Of a DNA stretch of 64,000 bases, positions 12,649-25,546 are shown in pieces. Under the pieces are notes generated by a model. The model had not been told where the DNA came from. It saw only the letters and a program-made list of their open reading frames with translations, and searched no databases. Source of the stretch: Octopus sinensis (lineage: Eukaryota). Location of the stretch: assembly GCF_006345805.1 (NCBI RefSeq), contig NC_043011.1, forward strand, positions 2,046,001 through 2,110,000, written 5' to 3'. Both the position numbers and the translations under genes were made by a program. Positions within the stretch are counted from its first letter, which is position 1; each line of letters begins with the position of its first letter.

Positions 12649-13358
12649 ACAACAATAGCAATTAAAAAATATGCTTCAGAGGGGTAATGCATAGCCTGCA
12701 GGCAGATAAATTTTTTTGTAAATTATAGTGCAGCTTACAAAGTATTGCTTACCTATGCTTTTTAATTGAACTGAATTAATTTAAAAAAAATTTTTTATAA
12801 GTATCACCGTTACAGGTATTTATACTCTGGTGAAATTAAGAGAAGAAGGAGGCAGGGGCATGAGATCGAGGCAGACAGCCTTCAGATGTCAAATACTCTC
12901 TCTCAGACAACACTTGCTAGAAAATAGCAGCCAAAATAAATGCATGAACTTAGTGCTGGGAAATGAAGAGAACAATATCTCACATGTCGGCAGCCACCTC
13001 CTCAGGAAGCACTCTCTTCTGAATGATCTTTCATACAAATCCAAAACAACCAGACTAACATAGCTCAAAGAAGTGAAACACTCAGCATACCAATAAAAGG
13101 CTATGCATTGGTATGTTTCCTGAAGACTTGCAGAAGACAGTACTTTTGGTTTCAAATTGTGGTACAAGGCCAGCAATTTCAGGAGAGTGGGTAGTCAGTT
13201 ATGTCGACCCCAGAGTCCATCTGGTACTTATTTTATCAACCCCAATAGGATGCAAGGCAAAGTTGGCCTCAGTGGAATTCGAACTGAGAATGTAAAAACA
13301 GATGGAAGAAAGTAATATTGATATGAAGTGCATCCTCTCTTGGAATTGTGTATATATT

Positions 13359-13390
<32 letters not shown>

Positions 13391-13534
13391 TGGGTGTGTG
13401 TGCGTATCTATATCTCTAGTTATATTTATGCTAAGTTCTTTACAACACAGCATTACAACGCTAGTTCTGTCTTCTGATAGTCACATTATCTGAATATCCA
13501 TTAATTATTTTTCAGGCTTTTGCCATTTAACCTT

Positions 13535-13535
13535 T

Positions 13536-13568
<33 letters not shown>

Positions 13569-13766
13569 TTCTTTCTTTCTTTCTTTCTGTCTGTCTTTTT
13601 TCTTTCTTTCTTTCTTTCTTTTTTTCTTTCTTTCTTCCTTCCTTCCTTCCTTCCTTCCTTCCTTCCTTCCTTCCTTTCTTTCTTTCTTTCTTCCTTCCTT
13701 TCTTTCTTTCTTTCTTCCTTCCCTTTTTCTTTCTTTCTCTCTCTCTCTCTCTCCCTCTCTCTCCCT
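13535..13766. repeat. Polypyrimidine compound microsatellite (CT/CTTT/CCTT)
   Basis: Directly visible; source of the ORFs at 13520-13799. Confidence 0.95.
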
Positions 13767-14167
13767 ACTGACTAGAAATGTCTTTGTAATCCATCCCATT
13801 GTACTCTATCAATCTATTGTTCCTTCTTTCCATTCTTTCTTTTTTCGCTCTGCTCCCTATCCCATTTAGCTTTTACCTTCTTCTCCTTCTTTATGCCTTT
13901 GTTTGTAATTCTCTCACCCCCTTCTCCTTCTCACTCAACCACAAAATAAATAACCTTACTCTTTGATGCATAACTCTATTAGATTCATATGTAAACAGCC
14001 CTTTTTGTGAAAAAATTGTCTGATGAATGGTGAGATTATTACTCAAAAGTTCACTGATTGATAAGCCATTAAAGGTGAATCTTGAAATAGCAGCCAAAAC
14101 AATATTATCAATTTTTACTCTACTAAATTTATATTGTCCCACCACCAGTAAATCTTTTGTTCTTTTC

Positions 14168-14389
<222 letters not shown>

Positions 14390-14396
<7 letters not shown>

Positions 14397-14590
14397 CAAT
14401 AAGAGGCTTCCAAATAGGAAAGCCTTGTGCTAGAAAGAGCAGTAGAAAACTCAAAACCACCAAATAAAGATAAATTCCTATTTAGAAGCCTCTTATTGTA
14501 TTTCTATGTGAATAATATATAGTCTAATGACTAATTCGTTTTTGTGCTAGGCCACTGGTAACAATAATTTATTATTACCCTATTTTATTA
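14390..14590. mobile_element. Long-TIR foldback/MITE in (TA)n, left arm truncated
   Basis: 31-bp inverted arms at 14390-14420 and 14475-14505 (1 mismatch). The right arm continues to ~14590 and matches 23028-23146 in reverse. Confidence 0.65.
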
Positions 14591-15379
14591 TATATATATA
14601 TATATATATACCATATATGAGTTATAAATGCTGTTGTTTATGGAAACTTATTTTTGTAGTAATAGTAATAGTAGCCCTTTGACTGCTATTTCTAATATTT
14701 TCGTTATGTTGGTTAAGCAACTTGTTGCAAAAAACCCTTTATTATAATTATATAAATATATGTAGTATATATATATATGTGTGTGTGTATATCTCTGTGT
14801 ACATATCTATATATGTATGTGTATATATGTGTGTGTGTGTATATATGTGTGTGTGTGTGTATGTATCATCTCACCATCATTTAATGTCTGCTTTCCACAC
14901 TGGCATGGGTTGGACGGTTTGACAACAAATAATAATGAGGATTACATAACAGTTGAAACATTATGATATTTTGTTAACCTCCTCATCAGTGATAGTAATA
15001 TCTGCGATGAGGGGTATCAAATGCTTTATAAGTTTTCATGCTATGCAAATTGTCAACAACATCACCAATAATACATGCAGTAGCTTCAAGGTCTTTACTT
15101 CCCCAAATGTAGTGGAGTAGATACTTGCACACATTCCAACACTATTTTACCAATGCTAACAGAAGAAATGAAGATAATGCTAGACTGCATGAGTGTGTCT
15201 ATCCACTTCAATTTGGGCAAGGCATAACCTTGAGCATCTGTGTTCTCGTTATTCATCTCCAACTGCATTTGGCAATGATGTTCTTCATAATTTTCATAGC
15301 AAGGAAATATATTGAGTATATAACACCACGCATTTCACTTTTGCAACGTTGGCATAATTGGGGCGAAAGAGTACAACAG

Positions 15380-15524
15380 GGGTCGCCACCACCCCTTGCC
15401 AGAACCTTGTGGAACTTTTACATGTTTTCGCTCAAAAAACACACACAATGCCCAGTCTGGGAATCGAAACCGCGATCCTCTGACTGCGAGTCTACTGCCC
15501 TAACCACTGGGCCATTGTGCCTCC
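15380..15524 (-). mobile_element. tRNA-derived SINE family D, 5' part
   Basis: gggaatcgaaaccgcgatcct..ccctaaccactgggccattg matches the head of the copies at 29430 and 61003. Confidence 0.8.
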
Positions 15525-15527
15525 ATA

Positions 15528-15578
<51 letters not shown>

Positions 15579-15589
15579 GTGTGTGTATG

Positions 15590-15780
15590 CATGTTTGTGT
15601 GTCTGTGTTTGTCCCCCCAACATCACTCGACAACCAATGCTGAAGCGTTTACGTCACTTAGTGGCTCAGCAAAAGACACCGATAGAATAAGTCCTGGTGT
15701 TGATTTGCTCGACTAAAGGTAGTGCTCCATCATGGCTGCAGTCAAATGACTGAAACAAGAAAAAGAATAAAATTAAAATA
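15590..15780 (+). mobile_element. CORE-type SINE, 3' half
   Basis: gacaacc..gatagaataagtcc..gctcgactaaagg..gcagtcaaatgactgaaacaag. Confidence 0.8.
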
Positions 15781-15849
15781 AAGACGATGGATGAACATTG
15801 GGCCTTTGCCAAACGACCTGCACAAATGAATTGTTTCTAGTGAGCAAAT

Positions 15850-16060
15850 GCTTGTGCTGCACATCAGCTCACTCTTTTCATCAAATAGACGTTATCTGAA
15901 CAGGTGCACTGTGTGCCACGTGTCAGGTGTCAAAGTGATCACAGAGCAACAAGAGATGAAGTGTTTTGCTCAAGAACACAATGCACAACCCAGTCTAGGA
16001 ATTGAAATCATGTTCTCACCATTGTGGGTCCAACACCCTAGCCAGTAGGTCATTCGCCCT
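15850..16060 (-). mobile_element. Degenerate tRNA-SINE with V-like central domain
   Basis: ttgctcaagaacacaa motif shared with 41765-42052 and 58960-59100. Confidence 0.55.
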
Positions 16061-16076
16061 CAGATATATATATATC

Positions 16077-16296
16077 TATTTCTTTACTACCCACAAGGGG
16101 CTAAACACAGAGAGGACAAACAAGGACAGACAAACGGGTTAAGTCGATTGCATCGACCCCAGTGCATAACTGGGACTTAATTTATCGACCCCGAAAGGAT
16201 GAAAGGCAAAGTTGACCTCGGCGGAATTTGAGCCCAGAACGTAACGGCAGACGAAATACGGCTACGCATTTCACGCGGCGTGCTAACGTTTCTGCC
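16077..16296 (-). mobile_element. tRNA-derived SINE family C, near full length
   Basis: Close match to the reverse complement of 35486-35712. Confidence 0.88.
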
Positions 16297-16325
16297 ATAT
16301 ATATATATATATTATATATATATAT

Positions 16326-16497
16326 ATATCATCATCATCATCGTTTAACGTCCGTTTTCCGTGTTAGCACGGGTTGGATGGTTCGATCGGTTTCTGGGAA
16401 GCCAGGAGGCTGCACCAGGCTCCAGTCTGATCTGGCAGTGTTTCTACAGCTGGATGCCCTTCCTAACGCCAACCACTCCATGAGTGTTGTGGGTACT
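16326..16497 (-). mobile_element. RTE-X LINE 3'UTR fragment with (CAT)n tail
   Basis: catcatcgtttaacgtccg..tctgatctggcagtgtttctacagctggatgccc. Confidence 0.85.
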
Positions 16498-16500
16498 TGG

Positions 16501-16532
<32 letters not shown>

Positions 16533-16580
16533 CATAGATACACACACACCAACACATATATCTATACTGTCAGTGTATAT

Positions 16581-16783
16581 ATATATTTGGTTAATGAGAG
16601 AGATGGTAAATGGGAGATAAGAGAATTTTTAGTAATCACTACAATTGTTTCGACCCATCCAATGTCGATCCCTCACAGGTGGAATATTTAACAACTGTTC
16701 GACATTGGATGTGTTGAAACAATTGTGATTAATAAAAATTCTCTTATCTCCCATTTACCATCTCTCTCATTAACCAAATATAT
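16581..16783. repeat. ~200-bp near-perfect palindrome (foldback MITE or hairpin)
   Basis: Arms at 16581-16668 and 16699-16783 with a 30-nt loop and TA-rich flanks. Confidence 0.88.
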
Positions 16784-17586
16784 ACACATGAATTATATTC
16801 AGTATAGAAGTGGGAAACCTTTTAGTTCCAAGGAATACTCAATGCACGTGTACTTTAGACTTGATATATTTGTGAACAAATCTCCTCCTTGAGTCATTCT
16901 CTTTCAACAAATTCTGTAGTAATGAGAGACAGAGAACGGAGAGTTGAAGAGAAATGCTAGCGAAAGCAAACAAAACATCCTAATATGTATTGGCAGTTTG
17001 TGGCATCAATCTCTCATTATTATCATTTTTTTCCCCCTCCAATGTCTCTTAATCCTTTGGTGCTTAATCAGTTTAGCATAGATTTCTAATACCCTTTGGT
17101 AACTTTTATACTAAGTTTTCTTAATCAATCTTTGGATATTTTTGTCTGGAACATAAGGATTTCAGAATCTGAAAAATAATTTTGTTTTTTCATAAAAAAA
17201 TGAGAAAAGTTAGAAAATTTATAGTCATACTAGTTCTTTTTTTTATACATATAACTATATTTTATTTGTATTTGAAAGTATTTTTTTCTGCTTTGTTCTG
17301 AAGCTTTAAAATACTCTTCTTTCAGTTTCAAGTTATTAAGTACTCACTACAGCATATGATGTCTATAGTAAAGATATCTATGAAAGTTCCCTGTCTATCA
17401 CAGTATTACAAGATTAATTTCACAAAATACAGTACTAAACATTCAAAAGTAGCATATTGTGTTAGAAAGTAAATCAGGATTTTGTTAGTAAATTTTGAAG
17501 ATAGAGACAGATTAATACAATCAACTTTACTGTAACCATGTTTTGATTTAATTCTTTTTGTCAGAAATTGCTATGGTTTTTCTATA

Positions 17587-18092
17587 TCTATATATATAAA
17601 ACTCTAGTTGTGTGAGTGTCTGTCCCCTTCGATTTAGATTCCTAACTCCTCCCACATTTTGCGGTGCAGTTTAACCAAATTCGGGTATCTTATAGTCGTG
17701 ATTCATATCGAGCCCGTCTGACTATTAGCGCGCGTCAACGATGAGTCTACGATTTTAAAAATAATTTAACATCATTTTTTATTCCATTTTAATGCATAAA
17801 ATGCATCGTATGTCAATGGCGGCGGAGTTGGCGTCCACGCTCACAGCTGCACCTGTTTGCTTCTCCCCCTTCCCTCCCTCGTGAAGCTGTGGGGAAGGGA
17901 GTGTAAAGAAATCAACGTCGTAATGCATTGTGAAGGAAACCAGCGTTCTTTTAGAACAACGACTTCATGGCTTGAAGACACCAAAACAAAAATGGCTAAG
18001 AAAGCCCGAATTTATAAGGGAAGTAACTCTCTAAAAATGCTTATATAGTTATTTCCCTTACAAACCCGAGCAACGCCGGGCTATACTGCTAG
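17587..18092 (+). mobile_element. Non-autonomous Helitron, copy 1
   Basis: 5' TC preceded by A(17586). 3' hairpin cccgagcaacgccggg, then CTAG at 18089-18092. Confidence 0.85.
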
Positions 18093-18490
18093 TCTTTATA
18101 TATAAAAGAGAAGTTGTGTGTCTGTCTCCTACGATTTAGATTCCTAACTACTCCCACATTTTGCAGTGCAGTTTAACCAAAACCAGGTATCTTATAGTCG
18201 TGATTCATATCGAGCACTTCTGGGTATTAGCACGCATCTACGATGAGTCTACGATTTAAAAAAAAATTTACCATAATTTTTTTCCATTTTAATGCATTTT
18301 TTCGCTATTATATAAGGGAAGTAACTCTCTAAAAATGCCTACGACGAGTCAACGATTTAAAAAAAAATTTACCATCATTTGTTTTCCATTTTTAATGCAT
18401 TTTTTTGCAATTTTTTGGCTATAACTCTCTAAAAATGCTTATATAGTTATTTCTCTTACAAACCCAAGCAACGCCGAGCGATACTGCTAG
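18093..18490 (+). mobile_element. Non-autonomous Helitron, copy 2 (head-to-tail with copy 1)
   Basis: Starts TC directly after the CTAG of copy 1. Same 5' ~170 bp and 3' hairpin. Ends CTAG at 18487-18490, followed by T. Confidence 0.85.
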
Positions 18491-19449
18491 TTTTCTATAT
18501 TTTTCTATATTTTAAATATTTCACAATTTCAATTTTTTTCAAAACTCTTTCTCTATTTAACTGTAAATCTTAAATCCTATCCTTAACTTAACTTATCCTT
18601 AACTTAACTCCTAGCTCTAACACTTAATCCCTAACACTAACCCTAAATTTTACCTCCTAATGCTAAAACATCTCCCCTATTTGTCTTAATTCAGAATCAT
18701 AATTTTCATGGTTTAAAACACAAAAATATGAAAGAACTTTGTTAAAAAATATTGAAGAAGTTATTGCATAAATCTGTGGAAAATATAGAAATTTCTTTTA
18801 ATTTACTTGGTTGATTGAGGATATACAATTGGTTCTCTGTTCAGAACTTAAAATCAAAATGTTGAAATTAGTGGAATTAAAGCCCACTAATTTTGATCGA
18901 ATATCCGGTAATCATTCGATAGCTGTAAAAGTTAATCCAATTTGTGTGAGTTTTTGAGGCCTTCGTGAACATGGTATGTTTATTCCAATCTGGGAGGAGA
19001 GCATTCATACGCAGCTTGAACATTTAACATTTTTACAGAACAGAATGAAGTTGAACAAAAAGGGTTTTTGTCTTGCCGCCTTCCATGACTGGTATAGAGG
19101 ATTTCACTCGATTCAAATTGGCTCGGGTAGTCTAGTAGCATACAGTGAAACGAAGCAGTTAGCAGTAAGTTGCCTGTGAGGCAAAAGAGGCTGCTCCCTT
19201 TCTGGTCATCTTTTTATCCCCTTTTCCAGAGTGCCATCTTGTTGTTAACAATGTGACCCGGGGAGATAACTCCAGATGACCCACGGTCAGGCATGGATTT
19301 AACTACAGTTGCCTACAGTAACATGCAGCCCCATAAAGTATCATAATCCATTATCCTTTGGCTGAATGTGGCAATAACCAAATATACATATGACAAATAT
19401 TTGATGGAGTGAATACCAGCTCAGAAAAAGGTTGGTATGAATACTTACA

Positions 19450-19831
19450 TCTCTCTCTATATAAACGGCAGTTTGTCTGTGCGTTTTCTGTGTGTCTGTT
19501 TTCTCGTACCCTCACCCTGACCACGGCTTTCAACCAATTCTGATGAAACTTGACACACACATAGCCCAATGTCATAATTCAAAACTAACGCAGCGAAAAT
19601 TTTGAAAAGTTCCCCCAGTTCTGAAAAAAATCGATAAATTCGACATGGGGTCGAGAATCAGAAACCCAAACCACAGACCGTCTAGGGGACGCAACTCCAC
19701 CTTTTTTAACTCTCAAAAAATTTACCATCATTTTTTTTCCATTTTTTTGCTATTTTTTGGCTATAACTCTCTAAAAATGCTTTATAGTTATTTCCCTTAC
19801 AAACCTGAGCAACGCCGGGCGATACTGCTAG
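19450..19831 (+). mobile_element. Non-autonomous Helitron with a different 5' end and the same 3' end
   Basis: A^TC start at 19450. 3' cctgagcaacgccggg hairpin, then CTAG at 19828-19831 followed by T. Confidence 0.82.
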
Positions 19832-20302
19832 TACTTAGATAAATATTTCAAAGTATTGAGATATTTTTATGAAGGACATTGTACATACGAGTGTTAAACA
19901 GAAAGAAGTGAAATAAAAGAAATTGATAATTTATTTTGTTTGAGAAGTTTCTTTCTGTTTTTGTTTTGTCCCATATTGCATTTAAATACTCTTCAGTCAA
20001 CCAACATTTATAATCATTAATTTACAAAATTAACAAATGGAAAAACACTGCATTTATACATTTAAAATTCATGTAAAATATATTTATATACTAGAAAAGT
20101 ACTGCAACTTCAAATCCCTTAACTTTAACTACATTAAACTAAAATCAGATTAACTCCATTAAATTTAATTTTGGCCTGAGAAAAAATTAATTTCGTAAGA
20201 TTATGAATCTGTTTAAAACATAAGAATCTGAAGCCTGTACTTTAAAAAGACAAGCAAAAAAGCAGATAGAAAGTTAGAGGGAAGAAAGAAAACTTACATT
20301 AA

Positions 20303-20523
20303 CCCTCTAGCATTCACATTATTTTATCAAAAAATAATGTTTATTTATTCACATAGTTTTGAATTAATCTAGCATTATCCTGTAGCTTTTAGATTTCAGT
20401 GATATGATAATATATTTCTGGAATGACATTGTAGAGTAGGTGTGAGAGGCCACTTCTAACCAGTTTGAACATAAAACAGGTAACCTATTTGGGTCAGGTA
20501 TGGCTGGTTTAAAGGCTAAAAGG
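20303..20523. mobile_element. piggyBac-type MITE
   Basis: TTAA at 20299-20302 and 20524-20527. Imperfect TIRs ccctctagcatt / aaggctaaaagg. Confidence 0.7.
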
Positions 20524-21059
20524 TTAATATGAATCAATGCCAGTCTCACTCCCCTTATCTCTTACCTGTCTTTCTTTCTCTTTTTCTTATTTATTTTCTA
20601 TTCTGTCATACTCATTTGTTTCTAGCTACCTATTTGTGAATCATACTATCTTAGTGTTATCACTCTCTCATTAACTCTTCATTTCACTTTCTGTATCACT
20701 CTCCTTTTTATCTCTCCCTCTCTCTTACATGAAAATAGTTACACACACAGGCACATACAAACTTACACACATGAACGTACATGCTATTCACACTGTCCTG
20801 TGTATGGTTGCACATTAGGTGACAGGTCTACTCTAGTGTTTTGGGTGGTTGTTACTTCCACTATGCCTATTAAAATAAAAAAAGATCTATATAAAAATTT
20901 GCTTTAATAAATTAAGTATAACCAAAAAGCAACAATGCAAAACAAAAACAAAAACAAAACATTTCTGTATATTCAGAACCTCAACAACATCAAATAGATT
21001 TGGTAATATACATGAGTATGCATTTGTGTGTGTGTATGTGTGTGTGTGTATGTGTGTGT

Positions 21060-21107
<48 letters not shown>

Positions 21108-21487
21108 ATGTGCATGTGTGCTCGCAGATGTGTTTGTCTATTTCTGGTAATTCCCATCAGATGCAATACATTTGGTAATAAATATGGTAGAAAGTTGAAA
21201 AACAGTGAATAAAATTAGTTATCCAGTATGACAAAGAATATTTTGACTTGCTAAGAAATTATTCTGATATGGAAGCCTCAAGAGAGATTGAATAAACTTG
21301 ATAATTCGAATACGACACCAAGTTCTTAGCCTCACATACACATTATTCTCTCTCTCTTTATTTCTCTCTCACATATATGCACACACATAAACACACACAC
21401 ACACACACACACACATACACACACACACACATATATATATTATATACATATACATATATATATATTATGTATATATATATTTACATA

Positions 21488-21519
<32 letters not shown>

Positions 21520-21539
21520 AATATATCTCACGTGATCAT

Positions 21540-21815
21540 GTGGTTAGGGCAGTGGACTCGCGGTCGCAGGATCGCGGTTTCGATTCCCAGGCTGGGCGTT
21601 GTGAGTGTTTATTGAGCGAAAACACCTAAAAAAGCTCCACGAGGCTCCAGCAGTGGGTGGTGATCCCTGCTGTACTCATTCACCACTCTTTCTCCCACTC
21701 TTTCTTCTGTTGGCCTGCTGACTTAGCCAGTGGGGTGGCGTCATTCGAAGGCTAAAAAACAATGCGGACGCATTGTGACCAGCGATGTGTAACAACATCT
21801 GATGGTCTGGTCGGT

Positions 21816-21823
<8 letters not shown>
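21540..21823 (+). mobile_element. tRNA-derived SINE family D with an alternative 3' tail
   Basis: Head and body match 60119. The tail differs (gcattgtgaccagcgatgt..ggtcacgtga); a related tail fragment lies at ~59120-59220. Confidence 0.8.
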
Positions 21824-21899
<76 letters not shown>

Positions 21900-21902
<3 letters not shown>

Positions 21903-22845
21903 TTTCAGCTCAAAGCTGTGGCCATGTTGGGGTACCACTGTTTTGTTACACTGTTTGGTTACTCCTCTAATATGTGATATTTGGTGAATAAGGGAGTTTG
22001 TTGTCATTACCCACATTTGCACCTCTTGCCATGAGGTAGGTTCATCTGGGACTCTCAAAAGAAAGAAGTCCAGTTATAATTTGAAAACACCTACATCCAC
22101 TTTGTATAGGTCCCTCAGGCTCTTTGGGAGAATATTAAAAAACTGTGGGTCCCTGAAACTCAGGCTGTTGCAGTAACTGGTCCTGAAGTGTGAGGGCATT
22201 GCTGGGATCTTTGGCACTGTGCAGTGTCAACCCATTCTGGCATCTGTGTAGCTTTCAGTACCAAAATTTGGCACAGTTTCTTCCAGGATCTTCCAGATGT
22301 ATATTACTGCATACCTCTCCCACCTTCGCTCCAGGGAGTAAAGACTTAGCTGTTTCAGCCTTTCCCAGTAGCTGAGCTGTTACAATGAGACGATCTTTGT
22401 GAAGCTTCGTTGGATATCATTTCATGAGGATCTTCCAATCCCTTGGAATCTTATTCCTTTTTGTGTTGGCCTTGTGCTCTGGGACATTTCTGGCACATGG
22501 TTTGCATGAAAGACATGAAATATTCTAGTTTCATGCCAATGTCTGGTGTGGAGAAACATTTTAGCCAGTCCTGTCTGAGGATCACGTTTTTGGATCGATT
22601 TCCAGTCTGCTTTGTGGAAGCTCAGATTGGAGAGATTTTGGGTGCTTCCCTTTGGCTGTATGATTCTGGCTACTTTTGGTCCATACAAAGACAGCTTTAT
22701 TATGTTGTGATCTGAAACTAATGTCTGTGTCACTTTCACATCATAAACGATGTCCATTTTTTTTTTGTAAAGCTTTTGCAAAGTCAGTGCATATTATGTC
22801 CACATTTGAGTTGTTGAGTAACTGCCTCAACAGCCAGTCATAATA
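21900..22845 (-). mobile_element. Rearranged CR1-type LINE mosaic
   Basis: Minus strand order: RT fragment (VDIICTDFAKA, 22845-22765), endonuclease end and linker (SDHNII..FHKADWKSI..KIPRDWKILMK, 22760-22420), then the CR1 C-terminus (IQRSFT..LSYWERLKQLSLYSLERR..FNILP..VPDEP..NSLIHQ). Confidence 0.8.
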
Positions 22846-23027
22846 TATACATATATATATATATATATATACATATATAAATATACATACATAAATATAT
22901 ATATATACATGTATATATATATATATATATATGCATATAAATATGCATGTATATATATACATTCATATAAATATACATGTATGTATATATATATAAATAT
23001 ATATGTATATATATATATATATAAACA

Positions 23028-23146
23028 TAATCAAATAGGGTAATAAAATAAATTATTATTACCAGTGGCCTAGCACAAAAGACGAATTAGTCATTAGACA
23101 ATATATTATTCATAGAGAAATATAATAAAAGGCTTCCAAATAAGGA
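23028..23146. mobile_element. Solo arm of the foldback family at 14390-14590, in (TA)n
   Basis: aaatagggtaata..accagtggcctagcacaaaa..gaattagtcattagac..ggcttccaaata matches the reverse of 14485-14590. Confidence 0.75.
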
Positions 23147-23154
23147 GTGTAGTG

Positions 23155-23193
<39 letters not shown>

Positions 23194-23271
23194 CATATAA
23201 ATATACATGTATATATATATGTATATATACATACATATATATATCATGGATATATATATATATATATACAT

Positions 23272-24222
23272 ATAAAAAGTAAAACTTAAAAGAGTCAAAA
23301 GGAAGAGTAAGTACGTTTAGGCAGCTTTTTAACTGCTACAAATGTTTCAATACATATGGATCCTTGTACATACAGGATTTAAAGTTTAAATTAAATTATT
23401 TGTCTATTTATCTGTTTAAGAAGATCTCTATGTATCTCTTCAGGCGATACTCAGTTGCTGTTTCTGTAAGCAAAATTTAGATTTCCATGCTGCAAAATCC
23501 ATGGCTTCTTCTTTTGAAACTAACTAATACTGATAGTTTCAATTCGCTCGGTATGAGTGTGTTATCACGTTCGCCATGATCTGCAATGTGCACGTTGTCT
23601 GTTTATTTATTCAGTTTCAACATGTTATTCTGCACATGCAAAACTGTACCATTATGCAGAATACATTCATCCATTGGCTCATACTTATACAATCACTTAC
23701 ACACCGATATACCATACATCACTGAGTGTTTCTATACATACACACACACACACTCACACGCAGTCACGTACACATATGCATGCATATATATAATATATAT
23801 GTACATATATTCAGATGCACACATGCATACATATACTCACCTACATATCAATAAACACATTCACACCTATACATAGACGCTTATACATTTAGCTACTTAT
23901 TTCCATGTACATAGTTATATCACTGAAAGTTCCATCATAAAGACACACTCCTATACATACGTGAAGGCATTAAAAAATACATTTAGCGAGATAGAATAAT
24001 AATAATTATAATTTATACATTGTTACATCTGCAAAATTCATATTTTGGCATAGTGGTTACAATATTGGAATTTTCTCATCATGTTTATTCCCTAGATTTT
24101 CATTGCTCAGTAGAATACTCAGTGCTTCTTCAAGGCAAAGGTCACATTTGCCGGATAGTGAAGTACATGGATGTGCCGTTTTTATTATTTTTGACTATTC
24201 TATTTGGTATTTAATTTTTGAT

Positions 24223-24263
<41 letters not shown>

Positions 24264-24679
24264 TCTTTTACTCTTTTACTTGTTTCGGTCATTTGACTGT
24301 GGCCATGCTGGAGCACCGCCTTTAGTCGAGCAAATTGACCCCGGGACTTATTCTTTGTAAGCCCAGTACTTATTCTATCGGTTTCTTTTGCCGAACCGCT
24401 AACTGACGGGGACGTAAACACCAGCATCGGTTGTCAAGCAATGCTAAGGGGACAAACACAGACACACAAACACACACACACATATATATACATATATACG
24501 ACAGGCTTCTTTCAGTTTCCGTCTACCAAATCCACTCACAAGGCATTGGTCGGCCTGGGGCTATAGCAGAAGACACTTGCCCAAGATGCCACGCAGTGGG
24601 ACTGAACCCGGAACCATGTGGTTGGTTAGCAAGCTACTTACCACACAGTCACTCCTGAATACATATATATGTATGTATG

Positions 24680-24761
<82 letters not shown>

Positions 24762-25232
24762 TATGTATAGAAACACTCAGTGATGTATGGTATATCGGTG
24801 TGTAAGTGATTGTATAAGTATGAGCCAATGGATGAATGTATTCTGCATAATGGTACAGTTTTGCATGTGCAGAATAACATGTTGAAACTGAATAAATAAA
24901 CAGACAACGTGCACATTGCAGATCATGGCGAACGTGATAACACACTCATACCGAGCGAAGTGAAACTATCAGTATTAGTTAGTTTCAAAAGAAGAAGCCA
25001 TGGATTTTGCAGCATGGAAATCTAAATTTTGCTTACAGAAACAGCAACTGAGTATCGCCTGAAGAGATACATAGAGATCTTCTTAAACAGATATATAGTC
25101 AAATAATTTAATTTAAACTTTAAATCCTATATGTACAAGGATCCATATGTATTGAAACATTTGTAGCAGTTAAAAAGCTGCCTAACCGTACTTACTCTTC
25201 ATTTTGACTCTTTTAATTTTTACTTTTTATTT
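23272..25232. repeat. Inverted duplication, arms ~23272-23814 and ~24655-25232
   Basis: About 480 bp of complex sequence plus the adjoining (CA)n/(TG)n, with only about 7 differences seen by eye. Confidence 0.9.
24261..24657 (-). mobile_element. CORE-type SINE, full length
   Basis: Same family as 2000-2399; the tail sits in (TA)n. Confidence 0.88.
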
Positions 25233-25366
25233 TCACACATGAGGAATACCTAAGACTAGAATTGGTAGCATACCATAAGAATACTACTGACTATTTGGGA
25301 ATTCTATGGGTGAACGAGCTCTATTTGTACCCTAATACTTTCTTAACAGAACACACCTCAACTGAC

Positions 25367-25409
<43 letters not shown>

Positions 25410-25447
25410 GTACATATGCGCATATATATATATATATGTACATGTGC

Positions 25448-25518
<71 letters not shown>

Positions 25519-25546
25519 TATGTGCATATGCACATATATATATATC

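Noticed and set aside
12830-13176. Overlapping ORFs of 77 and 95 aa
   Set aside because: No homology recognised, and stops fall in the frame implied by the nearby acceptor.
25050-25105. CUGAAGA-GAU..AUC as a hammerhead in the inverted duplication arms
   Set aside because: No GAAA after the putative stem II and no matching stem I.
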